Below are positions 10,208-18,903 of a DNA stretch of 64,000 bases, piece after piece. Source of the stretch: an uncultured Gammaproteobacteria bacterium (GTDB taxonomy: Bacteria > Pseudomonadota > Gammaproteobacteria > DRLM01); assembly GCA_963729605.1 (NCBI GenBank), contig CAVSNY010000006.1, forward strand, positions 416,001-480,000, given 5' to 3'. Made by a program: the position numbers and the translations under genes. The stretch's first letter is position 1; every line of letters starts with the position of its first letter. The notes under the pieces are model-generated. The model made no database searches. It was not told the origin of the DNA and saw only the letters and a list, made by a program, of their open reading frames with translations.

Positions 10208-10885
10208 TCAACCCTGGCCCACGGCTTCGTCGCGCAATTCATCGTTGGGCACGATGTGAATCTCCACCCGGCGATTCTGGCTGCGGCCTTCCGCGCTGTC
10301 GTTGCCCGCCACCGGCCGCTCGAGGCCAAAACCCATGATGCGCATCCGCTCGCGGCTGACACCCAGACTCGCCAGATAATCCGCCACCGCCCTGGCGCGG
10401 CGTTCGGACAATTGCAGGTTGTAACTCGCGGCCCCCACGTTGTCGGTATGGCCGGTGACCGTCATATCGGTCTTGTCGTATTTCTTGAACACGTCGGCCA
10501 TTTTCTGCAACGCCGCCCGCGAACCGGATTTGAGTTCCGCGCTATTAAAATCGAAAAGGATTTTATCCTTCATGGTGACGATGATGCCGTCATCGACGCG
10601 CTCGGTCTCCGCCACCTGTTCCAGTTCCTTGGCCTGTTTATCCATATATTGACCGACCACGCCGCCCAGCACCGCGCCGGCGATCCCGCCGATCACCGCG
10701 CCTTTGCCGGTTTTATCTTTTTTGCTGCCGATCAAGCCGCCCACCGCCGCGCCGCTGGCGCCGCCGATCATCGCGCCTTTTTGAGTACGGCTGAGCGAAC
10801 CGTCGCTCGCGCATCCCAGCTGCATCAGACCCAGCACCAATACCACGGCCACCGGCCGCCAATAACGCTGATTCACACCACGCAT
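10208..10885 (-). CDS. OmpA-family lipoprotein with glycine zipper (YiaD-like)
   Basis: Lipobox QLGC, GAMIGGASGAAVGG zipper, GHTD...NLQLSERRA...NRRVEI. Confidence 0.9.
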   Translation of the reverse strand: MRGVNQRYWRPVAVVLVLGLMQLGCASDGSLSRTQKGAMIGGASGAAVGGLIGSKKDKTGKGAVIGGIAGAVLGGVVGQYMDKQAKELEQVAETERVDDGIIVTMKDKILFDFNSAELKSGSRAALQKMADVFKKYDKTDMTVTGHTDNVGAASYNLQLSERRARAVADYLASLGVSRERMRIMGFGLERPVAGNDSAEGRSQNRRVEIHIVPNDELRDEAVGQG

Positions 10886-11071
10886 AAATGTATCCTGGCC
10901 TCATTGATAAGGACGTTCATTCTACACGCAATAGGCCTGCGGAATGTCGACGTGGCTAGCGGACATAGCGCAAATTCATTGTCTTTAATCGGCGACATAT
11001 TTCATACCGCCGTTCACCCCCGCCGTCCCGCCTGGGTTAGAATGGCCCCCCTGAAAATCAATGCGCCGTCC

Positions 11072-13240
11072 ATGCACCCCTATTCGCTTTTCGCCACCAC
11101 GCCCAAAGGACTGGAATCCCTGCTGCTCGCCGAATTGAGCGGGCTCGGCGCCGTGGAAGTCAAAGAAACCCGCGCCGGGGTGAATTTTTCCGGCCCCTTG
11201 CATCTGGCCTATCGCGCCTGTCTGTGGTCGCGGCTGGCCAGCCGGGTATTGTTGCCGCTGGATCATTTCGCCGCCGCGACGCCCGAGGCGCTCTACGCCG
11301 GCGTGCATGCCCTGGCCTGGGAAGACCATCTCGGTCCCGACGACACCTTGGCCGTCGATTTCACCACCGTGCAATCGCAGATCAATCACAGCCACTTCGG
11401 CGCGCTCAAGGTCAAGGACGCCGTCGTCGATCGCTTCCGTGAACGCGACGGACACCGTCCCTCGGTGGCGCGCGAGCGGCCGTCGCTGCGCATCCATGTC
11501 TATCTCTACCACGACCAGGCCACCGTTTATCTCGACTTGTCCGGCGAGGGCCTGCACCGCCGCGGTTATCGCGATAAATCGGTCGCCGCGCCCTTGAAGG
11601 AAAACACCGCCTGCGCATTATTGATCCGCGCCGGCTGGCCCGAGATCGCCCGCGCCGGCGGCACACTGCTCGACCCGATGTGCGGTGGCGGCACTTTGCT
11701 CATCGAAGGCGCGCTGATGGCCGCCGACATCGCGCCGGGTTTACTGCGCGACTATTTCGGTTTTCAGGGCTGGCGCGGCCATGACGCGGCCTTGTGGTCC
11801 GAACTGATCGCCGAAGCGCGGCAACGGCGCGCCGACGGACTGCAACGACTGACGACTCTTTACGGTTTCGATGCCGATCCGCGCGCCGTGGAGGCCGCGC
11901 GCCACAACGTCGCGGCCGCCGGACTCACGCCGCACATCCTCATCGAGCAACGCGATGTGAATACGCTGGTGGCGCCGCCCACGGATACGCCGGGCCTGCT
12001 CGCCGTCAATCCACCCTACGGCGAACGCCTCGGCGAAACCGAAGCCCTCAAACCGCTTTACGCCGAACTCGGCACGAAACTCAAGGAACACTTCAGCGGC
12101 TGGCGCGCGGCGGTGCTCACCGGCGATCCCGAACTCGGCAAAAATATGGGCATCCGCGCCCGCAAACGTTACGTCCTCTTCAACGGCGCGCTGGAGTGCA
12201 AGCTATTGTGCTTCGACGTCACGCCCGAATGGTTCATCACCCCGCGTCCAGCGGAAGACGATTTGCCGCTCAGCCCCGGCGCGGAGATGCTGGCCAATCG
12301 TCTGCGCAAAAATTTAAAAACAGTGGGGCGTTGGGCCGCCAAGGAACAGGTGTCTTGTTACCGGCTCTACGACGCGGACCTGCCCGAATACGCGGTGGCG
12401 GTGGACGTCTATCACGGCGAAAAATTATGGGTGCACGTGCAGGAATACGCGGCGCCCGCCAGCATCGATCCCAAAAAGGCCGAGGCGCGTTTACGCGATG
12501 CCTTGCGCGCCATCCCCGTCGCGCTGGACATTCCCCGCGAGCAATTGTTTTTTAAAATTCGCCAGCGGCAAAAAGGCAGCGCGCAATATCAAGCCAGCGA
12601 CGAAACCGGCGAGTTTCACGAGGTGCGCGAAGGGCCTTGCCGATTACTGGTGAACTTCACCGCGTATCTCGACACCGGCTTGTTTCTCGACCACCGGCCG
12701 GTGCGTGCGTTGATCCGCGAACTGGCCCGCGGCAAAGAATTTCTCAATCTGTTTGCTTACACTGGCAGCGCCAGCGTCCACGCCGCCGCGGGCGGCGCGG
12801 CCGGCACCACCAGCGTCGACATGTCGCATACCTATTTGGAATGGGCGCGCCGCAACATGGCGCTCAACGGCCACACCGGCAAACAGCATCGCTACATTCA
12901 AACCGATTGCGTGCAGTGGCTGGCGGCGCAAAGCGCATCGGCGCATCGGCAACGCTACGGGTTGATCCTGCTCGACCCACCGACCTTTTCCAATTCCAAA
13001 CGCATGGAAGGCAGCTTCGACGTGCAACGCGATCACGTGACCTTCATCCGTCAAGCCGCGGCGCTGCTCGCGCCTGGCGGCACACTGCTGTTTTCCACCA
13101 ACTACCGACGCTTCAAACTCGACGCCGTCGCCTTGGCCGATTTGCAAGTGGAAGACATCTCCCGCGCCATGCTGCCTGAAGATTTCGCGCGCAACCCGCG
13201 CATCCATCAAGTGTGGCGGATACGGGCCGGCGACGCGTAA
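11072..13240 (+). CDS. rlmKL: 23S rRNA m2G2445/m7G2069 methyltransferase RlmKL
   Basis: THUMP region, LHRRGYR, APLKEN, DPMCGGGT, NPPYGER, DTGLFLDHR, LNLFAYTG, DPPTFSNSK. Confidence 0.95.
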   Translation: MHPYSLFATTPKGLESLLLAELSGLGAVEVKETRAGVNFSGPLHLAYRACLWSRLASRVLLPLDHFAAATPEALYAGVHALAWEDHLGPDDTLAVDFTTVQSQINHSHFGALKVKDAVVDRFRERDGHRPSVARERPSLRIHVYLYHDQATVYLDLSGEGLHRRGYRDKSVAAPLKENTACALLIRAGWPEIARAGGTLLDPMCGGGTLLIEGALMAADIAPGLLRDYFGFQGWRGHDAALWSELIAEARQRRADGLQRLTTLYGFDADPRAVEAARHNVAAAGLTPHILIEQRDVNTLVAPPTDTPGLLAVNPPYGERLGETEALKPLYAELGTKLKEHFSGWRAAVLTGDPELGKNMGIRARKRYVLFNGALECKLLCFDVTPEWFITPRPAEDDLPLSPGAEMLANRLRKNLKTVGRWAAKEQVSCYRLYDADLPEYAVAVDVYHGEKLWVHVQEYAAPASIDPKKAEARLRDALRAIPVALDIPREQLFFKIRQRQKGSAQYQASDETGEFHEVREGPCRLLVNFTAYLDTGLFLDHRPVRALIRELARGKEFLNLFAYTGSASVHAAAGGAAGTTSVDMSHTYLEWARRNMALNGHTGKQHRYIQTDCVQWLAAQSASAHRQRYGLILLDPPTFSNSKRMEGSFDVQRDHVTFIRQAAALLAPGGTLLFSTNYRRFKLDAVALADLQVEDISRAMLPEDFARNPRIHQVWRIRAGDA

Positions 13241-13430
13241 GCGTGGAGTCGATTAAGGCGGGGGTTGGCGCAGCGTAATCCCCGATCGCGCCAAGTGTTC
13301 CTTATGATGATTGATTGATGAGGCGCTGGGCGACGAGTTGGTGGGTTAGGCCGTTGCACAGCCAACCCACCCTCGTATCTCGATTCTTTCCTGCAAGTGG
13401 AGAATCGCCGTGTGATCATCGGGCAGAAAT

Positions 13431-13484
13431 GTAGCCTGGATGTAACGAAGTGGAACCCGTTACGCTACGCTCCACCCAGTCTAC
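13431..13484. repeat. Degenerate GTAG-type REP doublet
   Basis: GTAGCCTGGATGTAACGAAG...CTACGCTCCACCCAGTCTAC inverted pair between convergent genes; further palindromes at 13261-13281 and 13340-13371. Confidence 0.45.
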
Positions 13485-13587
13485 CTTTCCAGGGTAATCC
13501 CACCCATCTGCACCGCCAGGCCTTTCCCACGACACTGGCGGCCTTTGGGCAGATCGCGAAAACGCCGCCCAGTTCGGCCCATACCGG

Positions 13588-14712
13588 TTATTGCGCTTGA
13601 CCGCCGCCGTTATCGCCGCTCACCGCCGCATTGCGCGGTGCGATATTGCCGGCGTCGTCGGAAACCACGATTTCGACACGGCGGTTCAGCTGCCGACCCA
13701 CGGCGGTGTCGTTGCTGGCGATAGGATATTCTTGGCCATAACCCCGTATTTGCACGTTAGCCGGACCAGAAACCAACTTAAGTATGGCGCTACGAACCGC
13801 TTCAGCGCGTCGTTCAGAAAGTTGCTCATTGTATTGTCCGGTGCCGGTGCTATCGGTAAACCCTTCTACCAACACGTTACGTTCCGGATTCTTCTTAAGG
13901 AACTCGGCGATTTTCTCCACATTGCGCACCCCGCCGGCTTTTAGCTGTGCCATGTTGGTATCGAACAATACGTCGCCGCCCAAGGTGACGACGATGCCCC
14001 GTTCGGTTTTCTTACCGTCCAACTCTTTGAGCTGCGCGTCGAGCTGATCGGCACGCGCCTCCGCGCTTTGGGCTTGGCGTTGAGTTTCCTCGAGCTTGAG
14101 CTGGGCTTCTTGGGCTTGGCGCTGAGTTTCCTCAAGCTTGAGCTGGGCTTCTTGCGCTTGACGCTGCGCTTCCGCGGATTGTTGTCGTGCCTGTTCTTGG
14201 GCGGCGAGTGCCTGCCGCTGCGCCTCTACGGACTGTTGTTGCGCCCGCTCCTGCATGGCTTGCGATTGACGTTGCTCACTCTCCAATTGGCGTTGGGTCT
14301 CCGCCGCCTTGGCTTCTGAAGCGTCCGCGCTCTGCTGCGCCCTGTCTGCCTCGAGAGTACGCGCATCGAGACGAACTTTGTCACGCTCGGCGGTCGCCGT
14401 TTCAATCGCTTGCTCGGCTATTTTCAATTTCGCCGTTTCCTCGGCGATCAGCGCTCGCCGTTTCGCCAAATAAGCCAGTTCGTCGACGCGCTCCGTTTTT
14501 TCATGCTTTTTCCACGCCTGCTCCGCGGTAGTGAGCGCATCTTTGGCTTGTTTCAATTCCATGGGGGCGAGCTTGGCGACTTGCGCATTGCCTTCCGCGG
14601 TCTTGACCTGGCTGCGGGCATCATCCAGACGAGCATTTTGCGGCATGGTGCTGCAACCTGCCAGCACGGCGCCGGCGATGAGCATGGTCGAAAGAGTGAG
14701 ATGATTATTCAT
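13588..14712 (-). CDS. DUF4398 + coiled-coil + OmpA C-terminal domain lipoprotein
   Basis: Lipobox LAGC, Q/A-rich coiled coil, TERGIVVTLG, EGFTD...LSERRA...NRRVEI. Confidence 0.9.
   Translation of the reverse strand: MNNHLTLSTMLIAGAVLAGCSTMPQNARLDDARSQVKTAEGNAQVAKLAPMELKQAKDALTTAEQAWKKHEKTERVDELAYLAKRRALIAEETAKLKIAEQAIETATAERDKVRLDARTLEADRAQQSADASEAKAAETQRQLESEQRQSQAMQERAQQQSVEAQRQALAAQEQARQQSAEAQRQAQEAQLKLEETQRQAQEAQLKLEETQRQAQSAEARADQLDAQLKELDGKKTERGIVVTLGGDVLFDTNMAQLKAGGVRNVEKIAEFLKKNPERNVLVEGFTDSTGTGQYNEQLSERRAEAVRSAILKLVSGPANVQIRGYGQEYPIASNDTAVGRQLNRRVEIVVSDDAGNIAPRNAAVSGDNGGGQAQ
14068..14151. repeat. 42-bp tandem duplication inside the OmpA gene
   Basis: AQEAQLKLEETQRQ is encoded twice, nearly identical at DNA level (copies start at 14068 and 14110). 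Confidence 0.85.
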
Positions 14713-14746
14713 AAGTCTATTCCTTGATAGGGGGGCTATCTGTACG

Positions 14747-15187
14747 TTATTTGGCATTGCGATTCATTTCTTCGTGTAACACGCGAGTGCCTTCATCCAA
14801 GGCGGTCACGGCCTTTTGCGCCTTCGCGGCGCGGGTCTTGACCGTCGCGAGCTGGGCATCGACCTGGGCCTGTTCGGCCAATGTCAGCGCCTTTTGGTAT
14901 TCCTTGTCCGCCATGGCTTTATTGGCGGCAGCCAGTTTGTCCTGCGCCGCCTTCATCTCCACGGACGCAAATTCGGTGGCGCCGGCATTGGTCGCGTTGG
15001 TTACCGCTGCACTGGATACGGCCAACTGCTCGGTGGGCGCCGGGATGCTCGCGCAACCGGAAATGACTACGGCACAGACCATAACGCCCAGGGCGAGACG
15101 CCGTGAATAACGGGTTAACGCGGGTGTTATAGCCTTACTGGAATTTACTGCGGTTTTGTTAGGATGCACTTTACTCTCCTTATGCAT
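14747..15187 (-). CDS. DUF4398 domain lipoprotein
   Basis: Lipobox ISGC, A-rich helix AQVDAQLA; usual partner of the DUF4398-OmpA gene. Start uncertain. Confidence 0.85.
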   Translation of the reverse strand: MHKESKVHPNKTAVNSSKAITPALTRYSRRLALGVMVCAVVISGCASIPAPTEQLAVSSAAVTNATNAGATEFASVEMKAAQDKLAAANKAMADKEYQKALTLAEQAQVDAQLATVKTRAAKAQKAVTALDEGTRVLHEEMNRNAK

Positions 15188-15274
15188 GATTCAGGGCGCC
15201 TTGCGCCGGATTTAACGCATTCGAAGCTTGCGATACACGTCAATATGCGGAGAATACGTGGCGATGGGCGGACC

Positions 15275-15375
15275 GTCTGTGCGCTACCGTACCAAGCTCA
15301 GGTTTCTACTGGTGACGGTACGCTTGGGATGATGCAAGGGAACATATCATGCGGTATGTGCGCCGGCGTACAGAC
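15275..15375. promoter_or_regulatory. Two inverted copies of the motif GTCTGTRCG-N4-CGYAC (candidate operators)
   Basis: GTCTGTGCGCTACCGTAC (15275-15292) and GTGCGCCGGCGTACAGAC (15358-15375) in the divergent intergenic region. Confidence 0.5.
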
Positions 15376-15470
15376 AACACGCAAATGACTTTCACCGTGA
15401 TACACTGCCGCACATTCCTCCACGCCGTCATGCAATCTCGCCGCGGACCGCAACTTCGGGAAATTGATTG

Positions 15471-16223
15471 ATGCCCACACCCCATAGTCCGATGCAAAAT
15501 CATCTTCTCGCCGCGTTGCCCGCTGCCGAGTTCGGCCGTTTGTCGCCCCATCTGGAACTGGTGACGATGCCGCTCGGTAAAGCCCTTTACGAATCGGGCG
15601 GCCGTCTGGAACATGTTTATTTCCCTACCACCTCCATCGTGTCGCTGCTGTACGTATTGGAAAACGGCGCATCAGCGGAAATAGCGGTGGTCGGCTATGA
15701 AGGAATACTGGGTATCTCGTTATTTATGGGTGGCGAAACCACACCCAGCCGCGCGGTAGTGCAGAGCGCGGGACACGGTTATCGCCTGGAAGCGCATCTA
15801 CTGAAACAGGAATTCAACCGGGCCGGGCCGGTGCTGCGTTTGTTGCTGCGTTATACCCAGGCGCTGATCACCCAGATGACGCAGACCGCGGTATGTAATC
15901 GCCATCACTCGGTCGAGCAGCAACTGTGCCGCTGGTTATTGCTAAGCCTCGACCGCTTATCCACCGACTCGCTGACCATGACCCAGGAGTTGATCGCTAA
16001 CATGCTCGGGGTACGCCGCGAAGGAGTGACCGAGGCCGCCGGAAATCTCCAGCGCGCGGGATTGATCCGCTACAGCCGTGGCCATATCGAAGTGTTGAAC
16101 CGACCGGGTTTGGAAAAGACGGTATGCGAATGCTACGGTGTGGTTAAACTGGAATTTGATCGTCTGCTTTCAGATATCCCTCGCGGCGATCCTTCTATGT
16201 CCTTGGCCAACCCGGCGCCGTAG
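15471..16223 (+). CDS. Crp/Fnr-family transcriptional regulator
   Basis: QNHLLAALP, VYFPTTSIVS, VCNRHHSVEQQLCRWLL, HTH TQELIANMLGVRREGVT. Confidence 0.92.
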   Translation: MPTPHSPMQNHLLAALPAAEFGRLSPHLELVTMPLGKALYESGGRLEHVYFPTTSIVSLLYVLENGASAEIAVVGYEGILGISLFMGGETTPSRAVVQSAGHGYRLEAHLLKQEFNRAGPVLRLLLRYTQALITQMTQTAVCNRHHSVEQQLCRWLLLSLDRLSTDSLTMTQELIANMLGVRREGVTEAAGNLQRAGLIRYSRGHIEVLNRPGLEKTVCECYGVVKLEFDRLLSDIPRGDPSMSLANPAP

Positions 16224-16319
16224 CTTGATACTCCGCGGGTGTTTATTGCGGTTGAACAAATTGATCAAGTTGATCGTGTTGATTTCAAATTCCCGTCGGC
16301 GGCGCCGAGTTCGCGCAGA

Positions 16320-17024
16320 TCACTGCGCCGGCGCCACCGACAACTCCCGCCGGCCACTCTCGGCCGAATCCGCATCCGGACTATTGCGATCAACCCACTC
16401 TTGACCGCGCCGTGCCAGCCACTCCGCCTCTTCCTTGGGCAGCGGGCCGCGCTTGAGGGTATTCTCCCATTCCCACAACGCGGCGCGGGCGCGCCGCACG
16501 TAATCTTCCGACGCCGGATCCGAAGGTGCGAGATGGATGTAGGTACGCATGGCGCCCAAGGCGACGGGCAGGTCATTCATGCCTTCCGCCGCGACCGCCA
16601 GGCCCCAATAGGCATTGCCTTGATAAGGCCGCAGGTCGACGGCGGTTTGGAAAAAATCCCGCGCCGCGGCGTATTGCTCCAAGCCCAACAGCGCATAACC
16701 CATGTTGACGTATGCCTCCGGCATGCGCGGCGCGAGGGCGATGACCCGGTGCAGGGCGGTGATGGCGTATTCGTATTCGCGGGCATGCAGCATCATCACC
16801 GCTTGCTGGAAGCGTTGGGTGATTTGTTCTTCGCGAGCGGCGCTGGCGTGTCCGCGCGGATCTAGCACCGGGTCGATGCGCGGGGCGACCGTGTCTTCCA
16901 AGGTCGCCAATTCCGGGCTGCGGCTGAGTCCGCCCAGCAGGCCGATGATGGCCAGCAGCAACAGCACTGACAGGAAAGAGGCGACCTTGGGCTGGCCGGC
17001 AATCACGCTATCGAGCGAACTCAT
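16320..17024 (-). CDS. Membrane-anchored TPR protein
   Basis: N-terminal TM; TPR pattern PEAYVNMGYALL/AYWGLAVA; overlaps the ccsA stop. Confidence 0.8.
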   Translation of the reverse strand: MSSLDSVIAGQPKVASFLSVLLLLAIIGLLGGLSRSPELATLEDTVAPRIDPVLDPRGHASAAREEQITQRFQQAVMMLHAREYEYAITALHRVIALAPRMPEAYVNMGYALLGLEQYAAARDFFQTAVDLRPYQGNAYWGLAVAAEGMNDLPVALGAMRTYIHLAPSDPASEDYVRRARAALWEWENTLKRGPLPKEEAEWLARRGQEWVDRNSPDADSAESGRRELSVAPAQ

Positions 17025-17878
17025 ATAACGCCTTTATGCGCGGCGGTGCTGTAGAAGGGCGTACCGAAATAGGTGAGGAAGGCGATGATGAAGATCGCGA
17101 TGATGAATACCGCACCGGCCCGCATCGGCAGTCGATAGGTCAAGCGCGCATGGATGGCGCCGCCTAAGGCCAGCCAGGTGAGAAACGACGAAGTTTCAAG
17201 CGCGTCCCATGACCAGTAACGGCCCCAGGCGTCCTGCGCCCACACCGCGCCGGCGATCAGCATGCCGCTGTGAAAGATAAAGGCGAGCAGCATGAAACGC
17301 CACGCCAGGTAATCGACCATGGCGTCATTGGGCAATTGGCGGAACCAAGGTTCCAGACGCCGCACGCCGCGCAGCAACAAAGCGCCGGCTAGACCGGTGC
17401 CGACCAGGCAGAAGCCGAGGAAGAATTTACCGAGACCGACATGCGCCCACAGCCAATTGTTGTAATAGGTGGGCGGAAAGGCGGTGTCGGTGGGTTCGAG
17501 CATCAACACCCACACACCCAGGATCCACATCAAGGGCAAGGCCACTACCGCGCTGGCGCGGATCGCCGGATAACGCCAATAGGCGTAGCTGTAAATGACG
17601 CCGAGGCTGAACAACTGGCTTATCAACAATTCGAAGAGATTGACGAATGGCCCGTGACCGATGCGCATCCAGCGTTCCGCCAAGGCCATCGCCAGCAGCG
17701 CGACGCCGGCGAGAATGAAGATGAACGCCGGGGTTTCGTAGCTGCGATTCACCGCGGCGCCCGCCGCGCCGCCGCGCGTCAGCACCACGCCGCGAATCAC
17801 AATAAAAGTGGCCAAGGCATACGCGGCCATTCCCGCCCACAACCAGGGTAGCTCGGTCATCGTTTTCCACTCATTCAT
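17021..17878 (-). CDS. ccsA: Cytochrome c biogenesis protein CcsA/ResC (system II)
   Basis: WWD motif GAVWAQDAWGRYWSWDALE, conserved His residues, multiple TM helices. Confidence 0.88.
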   Translation of the reverse strand: MNEWKTMTELPWLWAGMAAYALATFIVIRGVVLTRGGAAGAAVNRSYETPAFIFILAGVALLAMALAERWMRIGHGPFVNLFELLISQLFSLGVIYSYAYWRYPAIRASAVVALPLMWILGVWVLMLEPTDTAFPPTYYNNWLWAHVGLGKFFLGFCLVGTGLAGALLLRGVRRLEPWFRQLPNDAMVDYLAWRFMLLAFIFHSGMLIAGAVWAQDAWGRYWSWDALETSSFLTWLALGGAIHARLTYRLPMRAGAVFIIAIFIIAFLTYFGTPFYSTAAHKGVI

Positions 17879-18903
17879 ATTGCACCCCCTTTGGAAGAAG
17901 CGGGATATCTTCCCGCCTTCATTGCCTCGGCGGCCGCCCCGGCCGGCATGCGCGCGCCGAATTTACGCCAGAAATGGACGGACATGCCTATCACGCCGAA
18001 TACCGATATCACGAACAGCCACTGCAAGGTGGGATCGTAAAATATTTTATAACCCATCCAGGTCGACAGGCGTTCATACCGCAACTGTCCGCCGGGTAAA
18101 TTCACGGTCTCGCCCGGCTGTAGTTCGACGCGATCGGCGCCGGTGTTGACCACGAGCGTGCCTTTGGCCTTTTGGCCGTCCAATACCCACGCCGCTTTTT
18201 CCGTTATGCCGGTTTCGAGGCGCAGCCAGAATTTGATCTCCGGCCCACCGGGCGGCTGCCAGGTATTGTCCTGTTTGAATTCGAACAAGGGATAGGCCGG
18301 CATGTGCACCACGCCGGTCTGCGGCTCACCCCGCTCGGGCATCCAGGTCAGCAGCGGCGCGAAACCTTTGTTGAACGAGGTGTAGAAACGATAGCCTTCC
18401 AACACCAGAGGCCGGTCGTCACCGACTATGCGGCGTTCCCAACCGCCTTGCCCGTCCGGCACGCGCACCTCGCTGTGGGTGAGACCGCGTACCATGCCCG
18501 GCGCGTAATCGACGGTATAAGGCCCTTGCACGAAGACCAGTTTATCCAAATTACCCGCATGCCAGGGACCGCGGGTATCGTCGAACAATTCGTCGGCGGA
18601 AAACGGGGTGTCCTGCACCATCTCCACATGGGCCTCCAAGTGGGTGAGACGGCCTATCGCGGCCAATATCACCACGCCCAGCAGCGCGATATGAAACGTG
18701 AGCAGGCCGCCGCGGCGATTGATCCGCGGGTTGGTGATGATGGCGGCCAATAGATTGACCGCCAAAAACGCCATGGGCACCACCAGCACCCACACCGAGG
18801 TCGTCACCGGGTTGCCATAACTCAACCCCGCGCCGATGGCCAGCAACACCATGCCCACCAAGGTGAGCCGCAGGGAGGCGAGAGGTCTCAGGACGGCATT
18901 CAT
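17875..18903 (-). CDS. resB: Cytochrome c biogenesis protein ResB/CcsB-like
   Basis: LASLRLT N-terminus, TM helices with His (TFHIAL), periplasmic domain, YDP before the C-terminal TM; adjacent to ccsA. Confidence 0.8.
   Translation of the reverse strand: MNAVLRPLASLRLTLVGMVLLAIGAGLSYGNPVTTSVWVLVVPMAFLAVNLLAAIITNPRINRRGGLLTFHIALLGVVILAAIGRLTHLEAHVEMVQDTPFSADELFDDTRGPWHAGNLDKLVFVQGPYTVDYAPGMVRGLTHSEVRVPDGQGGWERRIVGDDRPLVLEGYRFYTSFNKGFAPLLTWMPERGEPQTGVVHMPAYPLFEFKQDNTWQPPGGPEIKFWLRLETGITEKAAWVLDGQKAKGTLVVNTGADRVELQPGETVNLPGGQLRYERLSTWMGYKIFYDPTLQWLFVISVFGVIGMSVHFWRKFGARMPAGAAAEAMKAGRYPASSKGGAI

Noticed and set aside
10127-11071. 1037-aa N-terminally extended RlmKL
   Set aside because: The extension is the antisense shadow of the OmpA gene; RlmKL-like sequence begins at ATG 11072.
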